Part shown: one piece after another, positions 19,483-27,344 of the stretch
How positions within the stretch are numbered: position 1 is the first letter of the stretch
How the letters are laid out: the number at the start of each line of letters is the position of its first letter
Source of the DNA: an uncultured Bacteroidota bacterium
Lineage (GTDB): Bacteria > Bacteroidota > Bacteroidia > Flavobacteriales > Flavobacteriaceae
Assembly: GCA_902598525.1 (NCBI GenBank)
Contig: CACKBZ010000005.1
Span: forward strand, 25,502-89,501
Direction: 5' to 3'
DNA length: 64,000 nucleotides
Made by a program: the position numbers and the translations under genes
Notes under the pieces: generated by a model
What the model was told of the DNA's origin: nothing
Databases searched by the model: none
The model's input: the letters and a program-made list of their open reading frames with translations, nothing else

Positions 19483-20868
19483 ATGTCATCGCATTATGAA
19501 GCTCCTATTAGAAAACCTTTAGTCATTGGCGACAAAAGTTATCATGACATAACAGAAGATATTGCTCGTCCGATAGAAACTCCACCCAATAAAGATTGGT
19601 GGATTGCATTCGGAATATCTATGGCTGCATTTATGTGGGGTGTTGGATGTATAATTTATACTATTGGAACTGGTATAGGAACATGGGGTCTTAATAAAAC
19701 AGTTGGTTGGGCATGGGATATTACAAATTTTGTATGGTGGGTTGGTATTGGTCATGCTGGAACTTTGATCTCTGCAGTATTATTACTATTTAGACAGAAA
19801 TGGAGAATGGGTATTAATAGATCTGCAGAAGCAATGACAATATTCTCAGTAATTCAAGCAGGACTATTTCCCGTAATTCATATGGGTAGACCTTGGCTTA
19901 TTTATTGGTTTTTTCCAATTCCTAATCAGTTTGGATCTCTATGGGTTAACTTTAATTCTCCTCTTTTGTGGGATGTTTTTGCTATTTCTACATACCTAAC
20001 AGTTTCATTAGTATTTTGGTGGACTGGTCTACTTCCTGATTTTGCAATGATTAGAGATAGAGCCGTTAAACCTTTTCAAAAGAAAATTTATAGTTTAATA
20101 AGTTTTGGATGGTCAGGAAGAGCAAAAGATTGGCAAAGATTTGAAGAAGTTTCATTAGTTCTTGCTGGACTTGCAACTCCTCTTGTTTTATCTGTTCATA
20201 CAATTGTATCGTTTGATTTTGCTACATCTGTAATTCCAGGATGGCATACAACAATTTTTCCACCATACTTTGTTGCAGGTGCAATATTTTCTGGTTTTGC
20301 CATGGTTCAAACATTATTGATTATAATGAGAAAGGTATCTAGGCTTGAGAGTTACATTACTGTTCAACACATTGAAATGATGAATATTGTAATTATGATT
20401 ACTGGTTCAATTGTAGGTTGTGCATACATCACTGAACTTTTCATAGCTTGGTACTCTGGAGTTGAATATGAGCAATATGCATTTTTAAATAGAGCAACGG
20501 GTCCATATTGGTGGGCTTATTTTTTAATGATGTCATGTAATGTTGTATCACCACAAGTTATGTGGTTTAAGAAGATCAGGACAAGCATAATATGGTCGTT
20601 TGTAATTTCAATAGTTGTAAATGTTGGGATGTGGTTTGAAAGATTTGTGATTATTGTTACATCTCTTCACAGAGATTATCTACCATCGTCATGGACAATG
20701 TTCTCCCCAACTTTCATTGACATTGGAATATTTATTGGAACTATAGGATTCTTCTTTGTATTGTTTTTGCTTTACGCTAGAAGCTTCCCAGTTGTTGCTC
20801 AATCTGAAGTAAAAACAATTCTCAAATCATCAGGAGAGAATTATAAAAAATTAAGAGATAAAAAATGA
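19483..20868 (+). CDS. actC: Alternative complex III subunit ActC (NrfD/PsrC-like quinol-interacting membrane subunit)
   Basis: 461-aa polytopic protein in the expected third position of the act operon, with NrfD-like TM topology. Confidence 0.9.
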   Translation: MSSHYEAPIRKPLVIGDKSYHDITEDIARPIETPPNKDWWIAFGISMAAFMWGVGCIIYTIGTGIGTWGLNKTVGWAWDITNFVWWVGIGHAGTLISAVLLLFRQKWRMGINRSAEAMTIFSVIQAGLFPVIHMGRPWLIYWFFPIPNQFGSLWVNFNSPLLWDVFAISTYLTVSLVFWWTGLLPDFAMIRDRAVKPFQKKIYSLISFGWSGRAKDWQRFEEVSLVLAGLATPLVLSVHTIVSFDFATSVIPGWHTTIFPPYFVAGAIFSGFAMVQTLLIIMRKVSRLESYITVQHIEMMNIVIMITGSIVGCAYITELFIAWYSGVEYEQYAFLNRATGPYWWAYFLMMSCNVVSPQVMWFKKIRTSIIWSFVISIVVNVGMWFERFVIIVTSLHRDYLPSSWTMFSPTFIDIGIFIGTIGFFFVLFLLYARSFPVVAQSEVKTILKSSGENYKKLRDKK

Positions 20869-21401
20869 GTTCAAAAAGCTTACATGTTTTGTTTGATGAT
20901 GATGATACTTTGCTAGACGCTGTAAAGCAGATAGTAAAAAGTAAAATTTATATTAATGAAATATATACACCATTTCCAGTTCATGGACTTGACAAAGCAA
21001 TGAAACTTAAGCCAACTAATATGTCTATTGCAACATTTATTTATGGGTGTATTGGTTTTACCGTCGCTATAATGATGATGAATTATATTATGATTGTCGA
21101 TTGGCCTCAAAATATAGGTGGAAAACCAAGCTTTACTTTAATCGAGAATATACCTTCTTTTGTGCCAATAATTTTTGAGATGACAGTATTTTTTGCTGCT
21201 CATTTAATGGTAATAACTTTTTATTTAAAAAGTAAATTATGGCCATTCAAAAAGTCAGAGAATCCTCACCCATCAACTACTGATGATAAATTTTTGATTG
21301 ATATGGAGACAGGAACAAATATTGCTAAGACGAAGACAATGTTAAAAAAACTTGGTGCAATTTCTATAGAGATAATAAATAATGATGAAGATGAGAAATA
21401 G
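20865..21401 (+). CDS. actD: Alternative complex III subunit ActD (DUF3341)
   Basis: 178 aa with two TM helices. ATGA overlap with actC and the conserved operon position. Confidence 0.8.
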   Translation: MSSKSLHVLFDDDDTLLDAVKQIVKSKIYINEIYTPFPVHGLDKAMKLKPTNMSIATFIYGCIGFTVAIMMMNYIMIVDWPQNIGGKPSFTLIENIPSFVPIIFEMTVFFAAHLMVITFYLKSKLWPFKKSENPHPSTTDDKFLIDMETGTNIAKTKTMLKKLGAISIEIINNDEDEK

Positions 21402-21939
21402 GTTTATCTTAATATTTTCTATAAGTATTCTAGTTACATCATGTTTTGATCCATCAAAACCTAACTTTCAGTACTTTCCGGATATGTATGAGTCTTTAGC
21501 ATATGAAACATACGCTGAGTCTGATGCGTTTTCCAATGGAATTGAAGCTCAGCTTCCTCCAGAGGGGTCTATAGCAAGAGGTTGGGAACCTTATGATTAT
21601 GAAGATTCAAATGAAGGTTACGAACTTGCAAAGAGTCAATTAGTATCTCCATTAGAAGTTAATGATTACAATAGAAGCCAAGGTAAAGAGCTCTACGAGA
21701 TTTACTGCTCTGTATGTCATGGAGATAAAGGTGATGGAATGGGAATTTTAGCACAAAGAGAAAAGTTTTTAGGAATTCCTGCATACGTAGATAGAGAAAT
21801 TACACCTGGTAGTATTTATCATGTACTTATGTATGGAATAAATGCAATGGGTTCTCATGCTGGACAAGTTAATGAAGAAGAAAGATGGCAGATTGCACAA
21901 TATGTAATGGAACTAAGAGAAGAACAAAAAAGTAATTAA
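21382..21939 (+). CDS. actE: Alternative complex III subunit ActE (monohaem cytochrome c lipoprotein)
   Basis: Lipoprotein-type signal ...ILVTSC and a single CSVCH haem motif with a distal Met region. The start could also be a few codons downstream. Confidence 0.85.
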   Translation: MMKMRNRFILIFSISILVTSCFDPSKPNFQYFPDMYESLAYETYAESDAFSNGIEAQLPPEGSIARGWEPYDYEDSNEGYELAKSQLVSPLEVNDYNRSQGKELYEIYCSVCHGDKGDGMGILAQREKFLGIPAYVDREITPGSIYHVLMYGINAMGSHAGQVNEEERWQIAQYVMELREEQKSN

Positions 21940-23330
21940 TGTATAAAGATTATAAATTTTCAAATCAAATTAAAGTACTTTCAATAAGCTTAATTCTAAT
22001 TGGACTTCTTGGAATTTTATACGGCTTTTACGTAGCTCCTACAACCGTTGATGAAGCAAAAGAAATTGTTTCAAGTATGAGTCATGATTCTGACTATGGA
22101 GATTCTGACTATGGAGATTCTGGCTATGGAGATTCAGATCATGGAGGTTCTGGTTATGGAGATTCAGATCATGGAGATTCTGACCATGGACATGCATCAA
22201 GTGGTCATGAATATGATCATGACAAACATGTCTTCAATCAACTACATAATAAGCCATGGGCAGCAATTTATGTGCCCGCATTATTCTTTATGATGATTTC
22301 TCTTGGAGTATTAGCTTTCTATGCTATTCAAAGAGCTTCTCAAGCTGGTTGGTCAATTGTATTATATAGAATAATGGAAGGAATTACAGGATACCTATTT
22401 TTAGGTTGTGTTTTTGTATTAATTATCCTAGGTTTTTCAGCATTAAAATTTAATCATCTTTTTATATGGATGGATCCAGAAGTTGTTGCACATGATGAGA
22501 TTATCAGAAATAAAATAGGATATCTAAATATTCCTTTCTTTTTTATCCGAGCGATTATATATATAGCAGGTTGGGTAATTTACAGAGAGATAACAAGGAG
22601 ATTATCCCTTCAGCAAGATGACAATAACGATATAAATATTCATAAAAAACTATTTAAGTTTTCTGCTGGATTTTTAGTTTTCTTCTTAGTTTCAGAATCT
22701 ATGATGTCATGGGATTGGATTATGTCAATTGATCCTCATTGGTTTAGTACTCTTTTTGGCTGGTATGTTTTTGCTGGTATGTTTGTCTCAGGTATTACAA
22801 CGATTGCACTAATTACTATTTACTTAAAATCTAAAAATTACCTTGAGTTTGTAAATTCCAGTCATATTCATGATCTGGCTAAATTCATGTTTGGAGTTAG
22901 TATATTTTGGGCATATTTGTGGTTCTCCCAGTTTATGCTAATCTGGTATTCTAATATTCCAGAGGAGGTAACATACTTTATAACAAGAATTGAGGACTAT
23001 AACTTTTTGTTTTTTGGAATGGTAGTGTTAAACCTTATATTCCCATTAATTGTTCTTATGAATAGTGACTTTAAGAAGACTAACTTTATCGTAATTTTAA
23101 CCGGAATTGTAATAATAGTTGGTCACTATATAGATGTATATAATATGATTATGCCTTCAGCTGTTGGAGACTTGTGGTCTTTTGGGCCTGGTGAAATTGG
23201 TGGATTTATGTTTTTTCTTGGAATATTTTTATATGTAGTATTTAGAGCAATTTCAAAAGCTCCAATTTTAGCTAAGGGTGACCCGTTTATTGAGGAAAGT
23301 AAAACGTTTCAATATTATAATTTAGATTAA
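21939..23330 (+). CDS. actF: Alternative complex III subunit ActF (second NrfD-like membrane subunit) with His/Asp/Gly-rich repeat loop
   Basis: 463-aa polytopic protein with a TAATG overlap with actE and the conserved operon position. Confidence 0.85.
   Translation: MYKDYKFSNQIKVLSISLILIGLLGILYGFYVAPTTVDEAKEIVSSMSHDSDYGDSDYGDSGYGDSDHGGSGYGDSDHGDSDHGHASSGHEYDHDKHVFNQLHNKPWAAIYVPALFFMMISLGVLAFYAIQRASQAGWSIVLYRIMEGITGYLFLGCVFVLIILGFSALKFNHLFIWMDPEVVAHDEIIRNKIGYLNIPFFFIRAIIYIAGWVIYREITRRLSLQQDDNNDINIHKKLFKFSAGFLVFFLVSESMMSWDWIMSIDPHWFSTLFGWYVFAGMFVSGITTIALITIYLKSKNYLEFVNSSHIHDLAKFMFGVSIFWAYLWFSQFMLIWYSNIPEEVTYFITRIEDYNFLFFGMVVLNLIFPLIVLMNSDFKKTNFIVILTGIVIIVGHYIDVYNMIMPSAVGDLWSFGPGEIGGFMFFLGIFLYVVFRAISKAPILAKGDPFIEESKTFQYYNLD
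22086..22190. repeat. Seven tandem 15-bp repeats, in frame within actF
   Basis: GATTCTGACTATGGA and close variants occur 7 times. They encode DSDYG DSDYG DSGYG DSDHG GSGYG DSDHG DSDHG. Confidence 0.95.
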
Positions 23331-23331
23331 T

Positions 23332-24399
23332 ATGACAATATTATTAGTACTAACATCGTTAATCTTAATATCTATTGCAGTTTGGCAATTGACAAAAATA
23401 TTAGAGTTGTCTAAACCGACAGATTTTGATGATAGTGAAATAGCTTCTGATAATGATAATGATATTCAGGGAAAGCTTATGTTTCTCTTCCTGATATTTA
23501 TTTATGCACTAACTATCTTCTCTTTTTTCCAGTGGGGTGATGTTATACTTCCTGAGTCAGCATCTGTTCATGGCGAAAATTATGATAGTTTACTTTGGTT
23601 TTCATTTGCTGTAATATTTTTTGTACAAACAATTACACAAGCTTTACTTCATTATTTTGCATTTAAATATAGAGGAAACAAAAAAAGGAAGGCCTTATTT
23701 TTTGCAGATAGTAATTTTTTAGAGGGTGTTTGGACTATTATCCCAACAATAGCCCTTGCAGGTCTTATCTTATATGGTTTATTTACTTGGGTTGATATTA
23801 TGACCATTGAGGAAAATGATGATGCTCTTGTTGTAGAGTTGTATGCACAACAGTTTAATTGGAAAGCAAGATATGCAGGAGAGGATGGTGTTTTAGGTGA
23901 TGCTAATGTTCGTTTTCTCCAAGATTTTGATGGAAAAAATTTAGTAGGAATTGATCCAACCGACAGAAATGGAGATGATGATATTGTGGTTCAGGAACTT
24001 CATCTTCCAGTTAATAGAGAGGTTGTATTTAGAATTAGATCACAAGATGTCCTTCACTCTGCATATATGCCTCATTTTAGAGCACAAATGAATGCCGTTC
24101 CAGGTATGATAAATCAGTTTGCTTTTACGCCTAATGTTACAACTGATGAAATGAGACTAAGGCCTGAGATTGTTGAAAAGGTTAGAAAAATTAATAAAAT
24201 CAGATTCGATAAAAGTGAAGATTTAGTTGCAGAAGGAGAATTTCCCCTTGATCCATATGAGTTTGATTTTTTACTTTTATGTAATAAAATTTGTGGTGCT
24301 TCGCACTATAACATGCAGATGAAAATAATAGTTGAGACAGAAGAAGAATTCAATACGTGGCTAGATAATCAACTTACATTTAAAGAATTTGTTCAATAG
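23332..24399 (+). CDS. coxB: Cytochrome c oxidase subunit II (CuA)
   Basis: Two N-terminal TM helices. CuA ligands VLHSAYMPHF and CNKICGASHYNM (C-x3-C-x3-H-x2-M). There is no fused CXXCH domain. Confidence 0.9.
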   Translation: MTILLVLTSLILISIAVWQLTKILELSKPTDFDDSEIASDNDNDIQGKLMFLFLIFIYALTIFSFFQWGDVILPESASVHGENYDSLLWFSFAVIFFVQTITQALLHYFAFKYRGNKKRKALFFADSNFLEGVWTIIPTIALAGLILYGLFTWVDIMTIEENDDALVVELYAQQFNWKARYAGEDGVLGDANVRFLQDFDGKNLVGIDPTDRNGDDDIVVQELHLPVNREVVFRIRSQDVLHSAYMPHFRAQMNAVPGMINQFAFTPNVTTDEMRLRPEIVEKVRKINKIRFDKSEDLVAEGEFPLDPYEFDFLLLCNKICGASHYNMQMKIIVETEEEFNTWLDNQLTFKEFVQ

Positions 24400-24410
24400 A
24401 ATTATAAAAA

Positions 24411-26270
24411 ATGGCAAATAAAAATAATAGAAGAGCTAAAATAGTAGGGACAGATATAGAGCTTGATATTTCAGAGGAAAAAGATATCATTGTAGAGTCT
24501 CACGAAGATGATCATGATCATCATCATCATAAAGAAACTTTTATCACTAAATATATCTTTAGTATTGATCATAAAATGATATCAAAACAATATCTAATTA
24601 CAGGATTGATAATGGGGATTGTTGGAATTGCTATGTCTTTATTATTCAGACTTCAGCTTGCTTGGCCTGAGGAATCTTTTGGAATATTCGATGTATTATT
24701 AGGTAAGTGGGCTACGGATGGTGTTATGGATCCTAATGTATATTTAGCACTGGTAACAATACACGGAACAATAATGGTATTCTTTGTGTTAACTGCCGGT
24801 TTAAGTGGTACATTTAGTAACCTTCTTATTCCTCTTCAAATTGGCGCAAGAGATATGGCTTCAGGATTTCTAAATATGATCTCTTATTGGTTATTTTTTA
24901 TTTCTTCTGCACTAATGATTGCATCGCTATTTGTTGAAGCTGGTCCTGCAGCAGCAGGATGGACAATTTATCCACCCTTGAGTGCTTTGCCGCAAGCTCA
25001 GCCAGGTTCAGCCGCGGGGATGACATTATGGTTGGTATCTATGGCATTTTTTATTGCATCATCATTACTTGCTGCTTTAAATTATATAGTAACCGTACTA
25101 AACCTTAGGACCAAAGGAATGACAATGACAAGACTTCCTTTGACTGTATGGGCATTTTTAGTTACTGCCATTATCGGTGTAGTATCATTTCCAGTACTAT
25201 TATCTGCAGCGCTATTATTAATAATGGATAGAAGTTTTGGTACTTCCTTCTTTTTGTCAGATATATTTATTCAAGGAGAAGTATTGCATTATCAGGGTGG
25301 CTCTCCAGTATTATTTGAGCATCTTTTCTGGTTTCTTGGGCATCCAGAAGTATACATAGTACTTCTTCCAGCTCTAGGAATAGCCTCTGAAGTTATTGCA
25401 ACAAATGCTCGTAAACCAATTTTTGGTTATAGAGCCATGGTTGGATCAATTTTAGCAATTGCTTTTTTATCTACAATTGTTTGGGGTCACCACATGTTTG
25501 TAACTGGAATGAATCCTTTCCTAGGTTCAGTATTTACATTTACAACACTATTGATTGCAATTCCTTCTGCAGTTAAGGCATTTAATTACATAACTACTAT
25601 TTGGAAAGGAAATATTCAATTTAATCCTGCTATGTTATTTGCAATTGGTCTTGTATCTACATTCATAACTGGTGGTCTTACAGGAATAATTTTAGGTGAT
25701 AGTGCTTTGGACATCAACTTACATGATACATACTTTGTAGTTGCACATTTTCATTTGGTCATGGGTATTTCTGCACTTTATGGTCTTTTTGCTGGTGTAT
25801 ATCATTGGTATCCCAGGATGTTTGGTAGGATGATGAATAAAACTCTTGGTTACGTTCATTTTTGGATTACGGCTATAAGCGCTTATGGGGTATTTTTCCC
25901 AATGCACTTTATTGGTATGGCAGGCCTTCCTAGAAGATATTATACTAATACTAATTTTCCTTATTTTGATGATGTAGCAAATATTAATGTTATCATAACA
26001 TTGTTTGCTTTGCTAGCTGGTGCAGCTCAAATTATTTTCCTATATAATTTTATTAGTAGTATGTATTATGGTAAGAAAACTGAGCAAAATCCTTGGAAGT
26101 CAACTACTCTTGAATGGACAGCTCCAATTAAACATATTCATGGTAATTGGCCAGGAAAAATTCCTCATGTTTTTAGATGGGCTTATGATTATTCCAAACC
26201 AGGTTCAAAAGTGGATTTTATCCCACAAAATATGCCACTAAAAAAAGGAGAGAAAGAGCTTCAGCATTAA
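24411..26270 (+). CDS. ctaD: Cytochrome c oxidase subunit I
   Basis: Typical haem-copper oxidase subunit I motifs (GHPEVYIVLLPALG, WGHHMFVTG, VVAHFHLVM). His-rich N-terminal tail HEDDHDHHHH. Confidence 0.97.
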   Translation: MANKNNRRAKIVGTDIELDISEEKDIIVESHEDDHDHHHHKETFITKYIFSIDHKMISKQYLITGLIMGIVGIAMSLLFRLQLAWPEESFGIFDVLLGKWATDGVMDPNVYLALVTIHGTIMVFFVLTAGLSGTFSNLLIPLQIGARDMASGFLNMISYWLFFISSALMIASLFVEAGPAAAGWTIYPPLSALPQAQPGSAAGMTLWLVSMAFFIASSLLAALNYIVTVLNLRTKGMTMTRLPLTVWAFLVTAIIGVVSFPVLLSAALLLIMDRSFGTSFFLSDIFIQGEVLHYQGGSPVLFEHLFWFLGHPEVYIVLLPALGIASEVIATNARKPIFGYRAMVGSILAIAFLSTIVWGHHMFVTGMNPFLGSVFTFTTLLIAIPSAVKAFNYITTIWKGNIQFNPAMLFAIGLVSTFITGGLTGIILGDSALDINLHDTYFVVAHFHLVMGISALYGLFAGVYHWYPRMFGRMMNKTLGYVHFWITAISAYGVFFPMHFIGMAGLPRRYYTNTNFPYFDDVANINVIITLFALLAGAAQIIFLYNFISSMYYGKKTEQNPWKSTTLEWTAPIKHIHGNWPGKIPHVFRWAYDYSKPGSKVDFIPQNMPLKKGEKELQH

Positions 26271-26303
26271 TTGCTAATATCAATTCAAATAATACAATTA
26301 ATG

Positions 26304-26311
26304 TATATTTG
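26304..26311 (+). promoter_or_regulatory. Candidate -7 box (TATATTTG) for ruvB
   Basis: Matches TAnnTTTG. It ends only 5 nt before the ruvB ATG, which implies a leaderless or near-leaderless mRNA. Confidence 0.3.
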
Positions 26312-26316
26312 ATGTA

Positions 26317-27315
26317 ATGGATATAAACCAGGAAAAAGATAAAGAATTTGATAAAGCTTTACGGCCACTTAAGTTTTCTGACTTCTTTGGTCAAGAATCT
26401 ATAATTAAAAACTTAAAAGTTTTTGTGGAGGCATCAAATCAAAGGAATGATGCTCTTGACCACACGTTATTTCATGGACCTCCAGGTCTGGGAAAAACAA
26501 CACTGGCACATATTTTAGCAAACGAACTTAATGTAGGTCTAAAGGTTACATCTGGTCCGGTAATTGATAAGCCAGGTGATCTTGCAGGGTTATTAACAAA
26601 TCTTGAAGAAAGAGACATATTATTCATTGACGAGATTCATAGGTTAAGTCCTATTATTGAAGAGTATCTATATTCTGCAATGGAGGATTTTAAAATTGAT
26701 ATAATGATTGAGTCTGGTCCAAACGCAAGGACAGTTCAATTAAATCTTAACCCATTTACACTTGTTGGAGCAACTACCAGGTCTGGCTTTCTTACCAATC
26801 CAATGAGAGAAAGATTTGCTATTTCAAATAGACTAGAGCATTATGATGATGAGATTTTATCAAAAATTGTTGAAAGGAGTTCTGATATATTAGACTTATC
26901 CATTGACAGTGACTCCTGCTTTGAAATTGCAAGAAGAAGTCGAGGCACACCAAGGATTTCAAATTCTTTACTAAGAAGGGTTAGAGATTTTGCACAAATT
27001 AAAAGTGATGGAAAAATCAATCTTGAAATCACAAAATATTCTTTAGCTTCTTTGAATGTTGACAAAAATGGTCTAGATGAAATGGATAATAAAATTTTAG
27101 AAACCATTATTGAAAAATATAATGGAGGTCCTGTTGGTATTTCAACTTTATCTACATCCTTGTCTGAAAACTCAGAAACTATTGAAGAAGTATATGAGCC
27201 ATTCTTAATCCAACAAGGTTTTATCGTTAGAACACCTAGAGGAAGACAAGCAACGGATAAGGCGTATAATCATCTTGGAAGAAATAAAACCAATCAGAAT
27301 AATTTATTTAATTAA
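26317..27315 (+). CDS. ruvB: Holliday junction branch migration helicase RuvB
   Basis: LRPLKFSDFFGQ..., Walker A GPPGLGKTTLA, FIDEIHRL, RGTPRI. Confidence 0.97.
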   Translation: MDINQEKDKEFDKALRPLKFSDFFGQESIIKNLKVFVEASNQRNDALDHTLFHGPPGLGKTTLAHILANELNVGLKVTSGPVIDKPGDLAGLLTNLEERDILFIDEIHRLSPIIEEYLYSAMEDFKIDIMIESGPNARTVQLNLNPFTLVGATTRSGFLTNPMRERFAISNRLEHYDDEILSKIVERSSDILDLSIDSDSCFEIARRSRGTPRISNSLLRRVRDFAQIKSDGKINLEITKYSLASLNVDKNGLDEMDNKILETIIEKYNGGPVGISTLSTSLSENSETIEEVYEPFLIQQGFIVRTPRGRQATDKAYNHLGRNKTNQNNLFN

Positions 27316-27320
27316 TAATT

Positions 27321-27328
27321 TATATTTG
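27321..27328 (+). promoter_or_regulatory. Candidate -7 box (TATATTTG) for maeB
   Basis: Matches TAnnTTTG. It ends 16 nt before the maeB ATG. Confidence 0.35.
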
Positions 27329-27344
27329 ACTATAATTCATCTTT

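Noticed and set aside
1914-22190. Tandem repeats (1914-1956, 22086-22190, 56183-56298) considered as possible CRISPR or other arrays.
   Set aside because: The units are contiguous with no spacers, 12-24 bp long, in frame inside CDS, and no cas genes are nearby.
22084-22293. 69-aa ORF (MILTMEILTMEILAMEIQIMEV...) and the 69-aa ORF at 56099-56308 ([13 protein letters not shown]...).
   Set aside because: Both are alternative-frame readings of the tandem repeats inside actF and the L25 tail. The periodic peptide comes from the DNA repeat, not from a separate gene.
24411-24540. His-rich N-terminal tail of oxidase subunit I (HEDDHDHHHH) as a novel feature.
   Set aside because: From memory, similar His-rich N-termini occur in other Flavobacteriia subunit I proteins, so it is probably lineage-typical. 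It is mentioned only in connection with the ActF loop.
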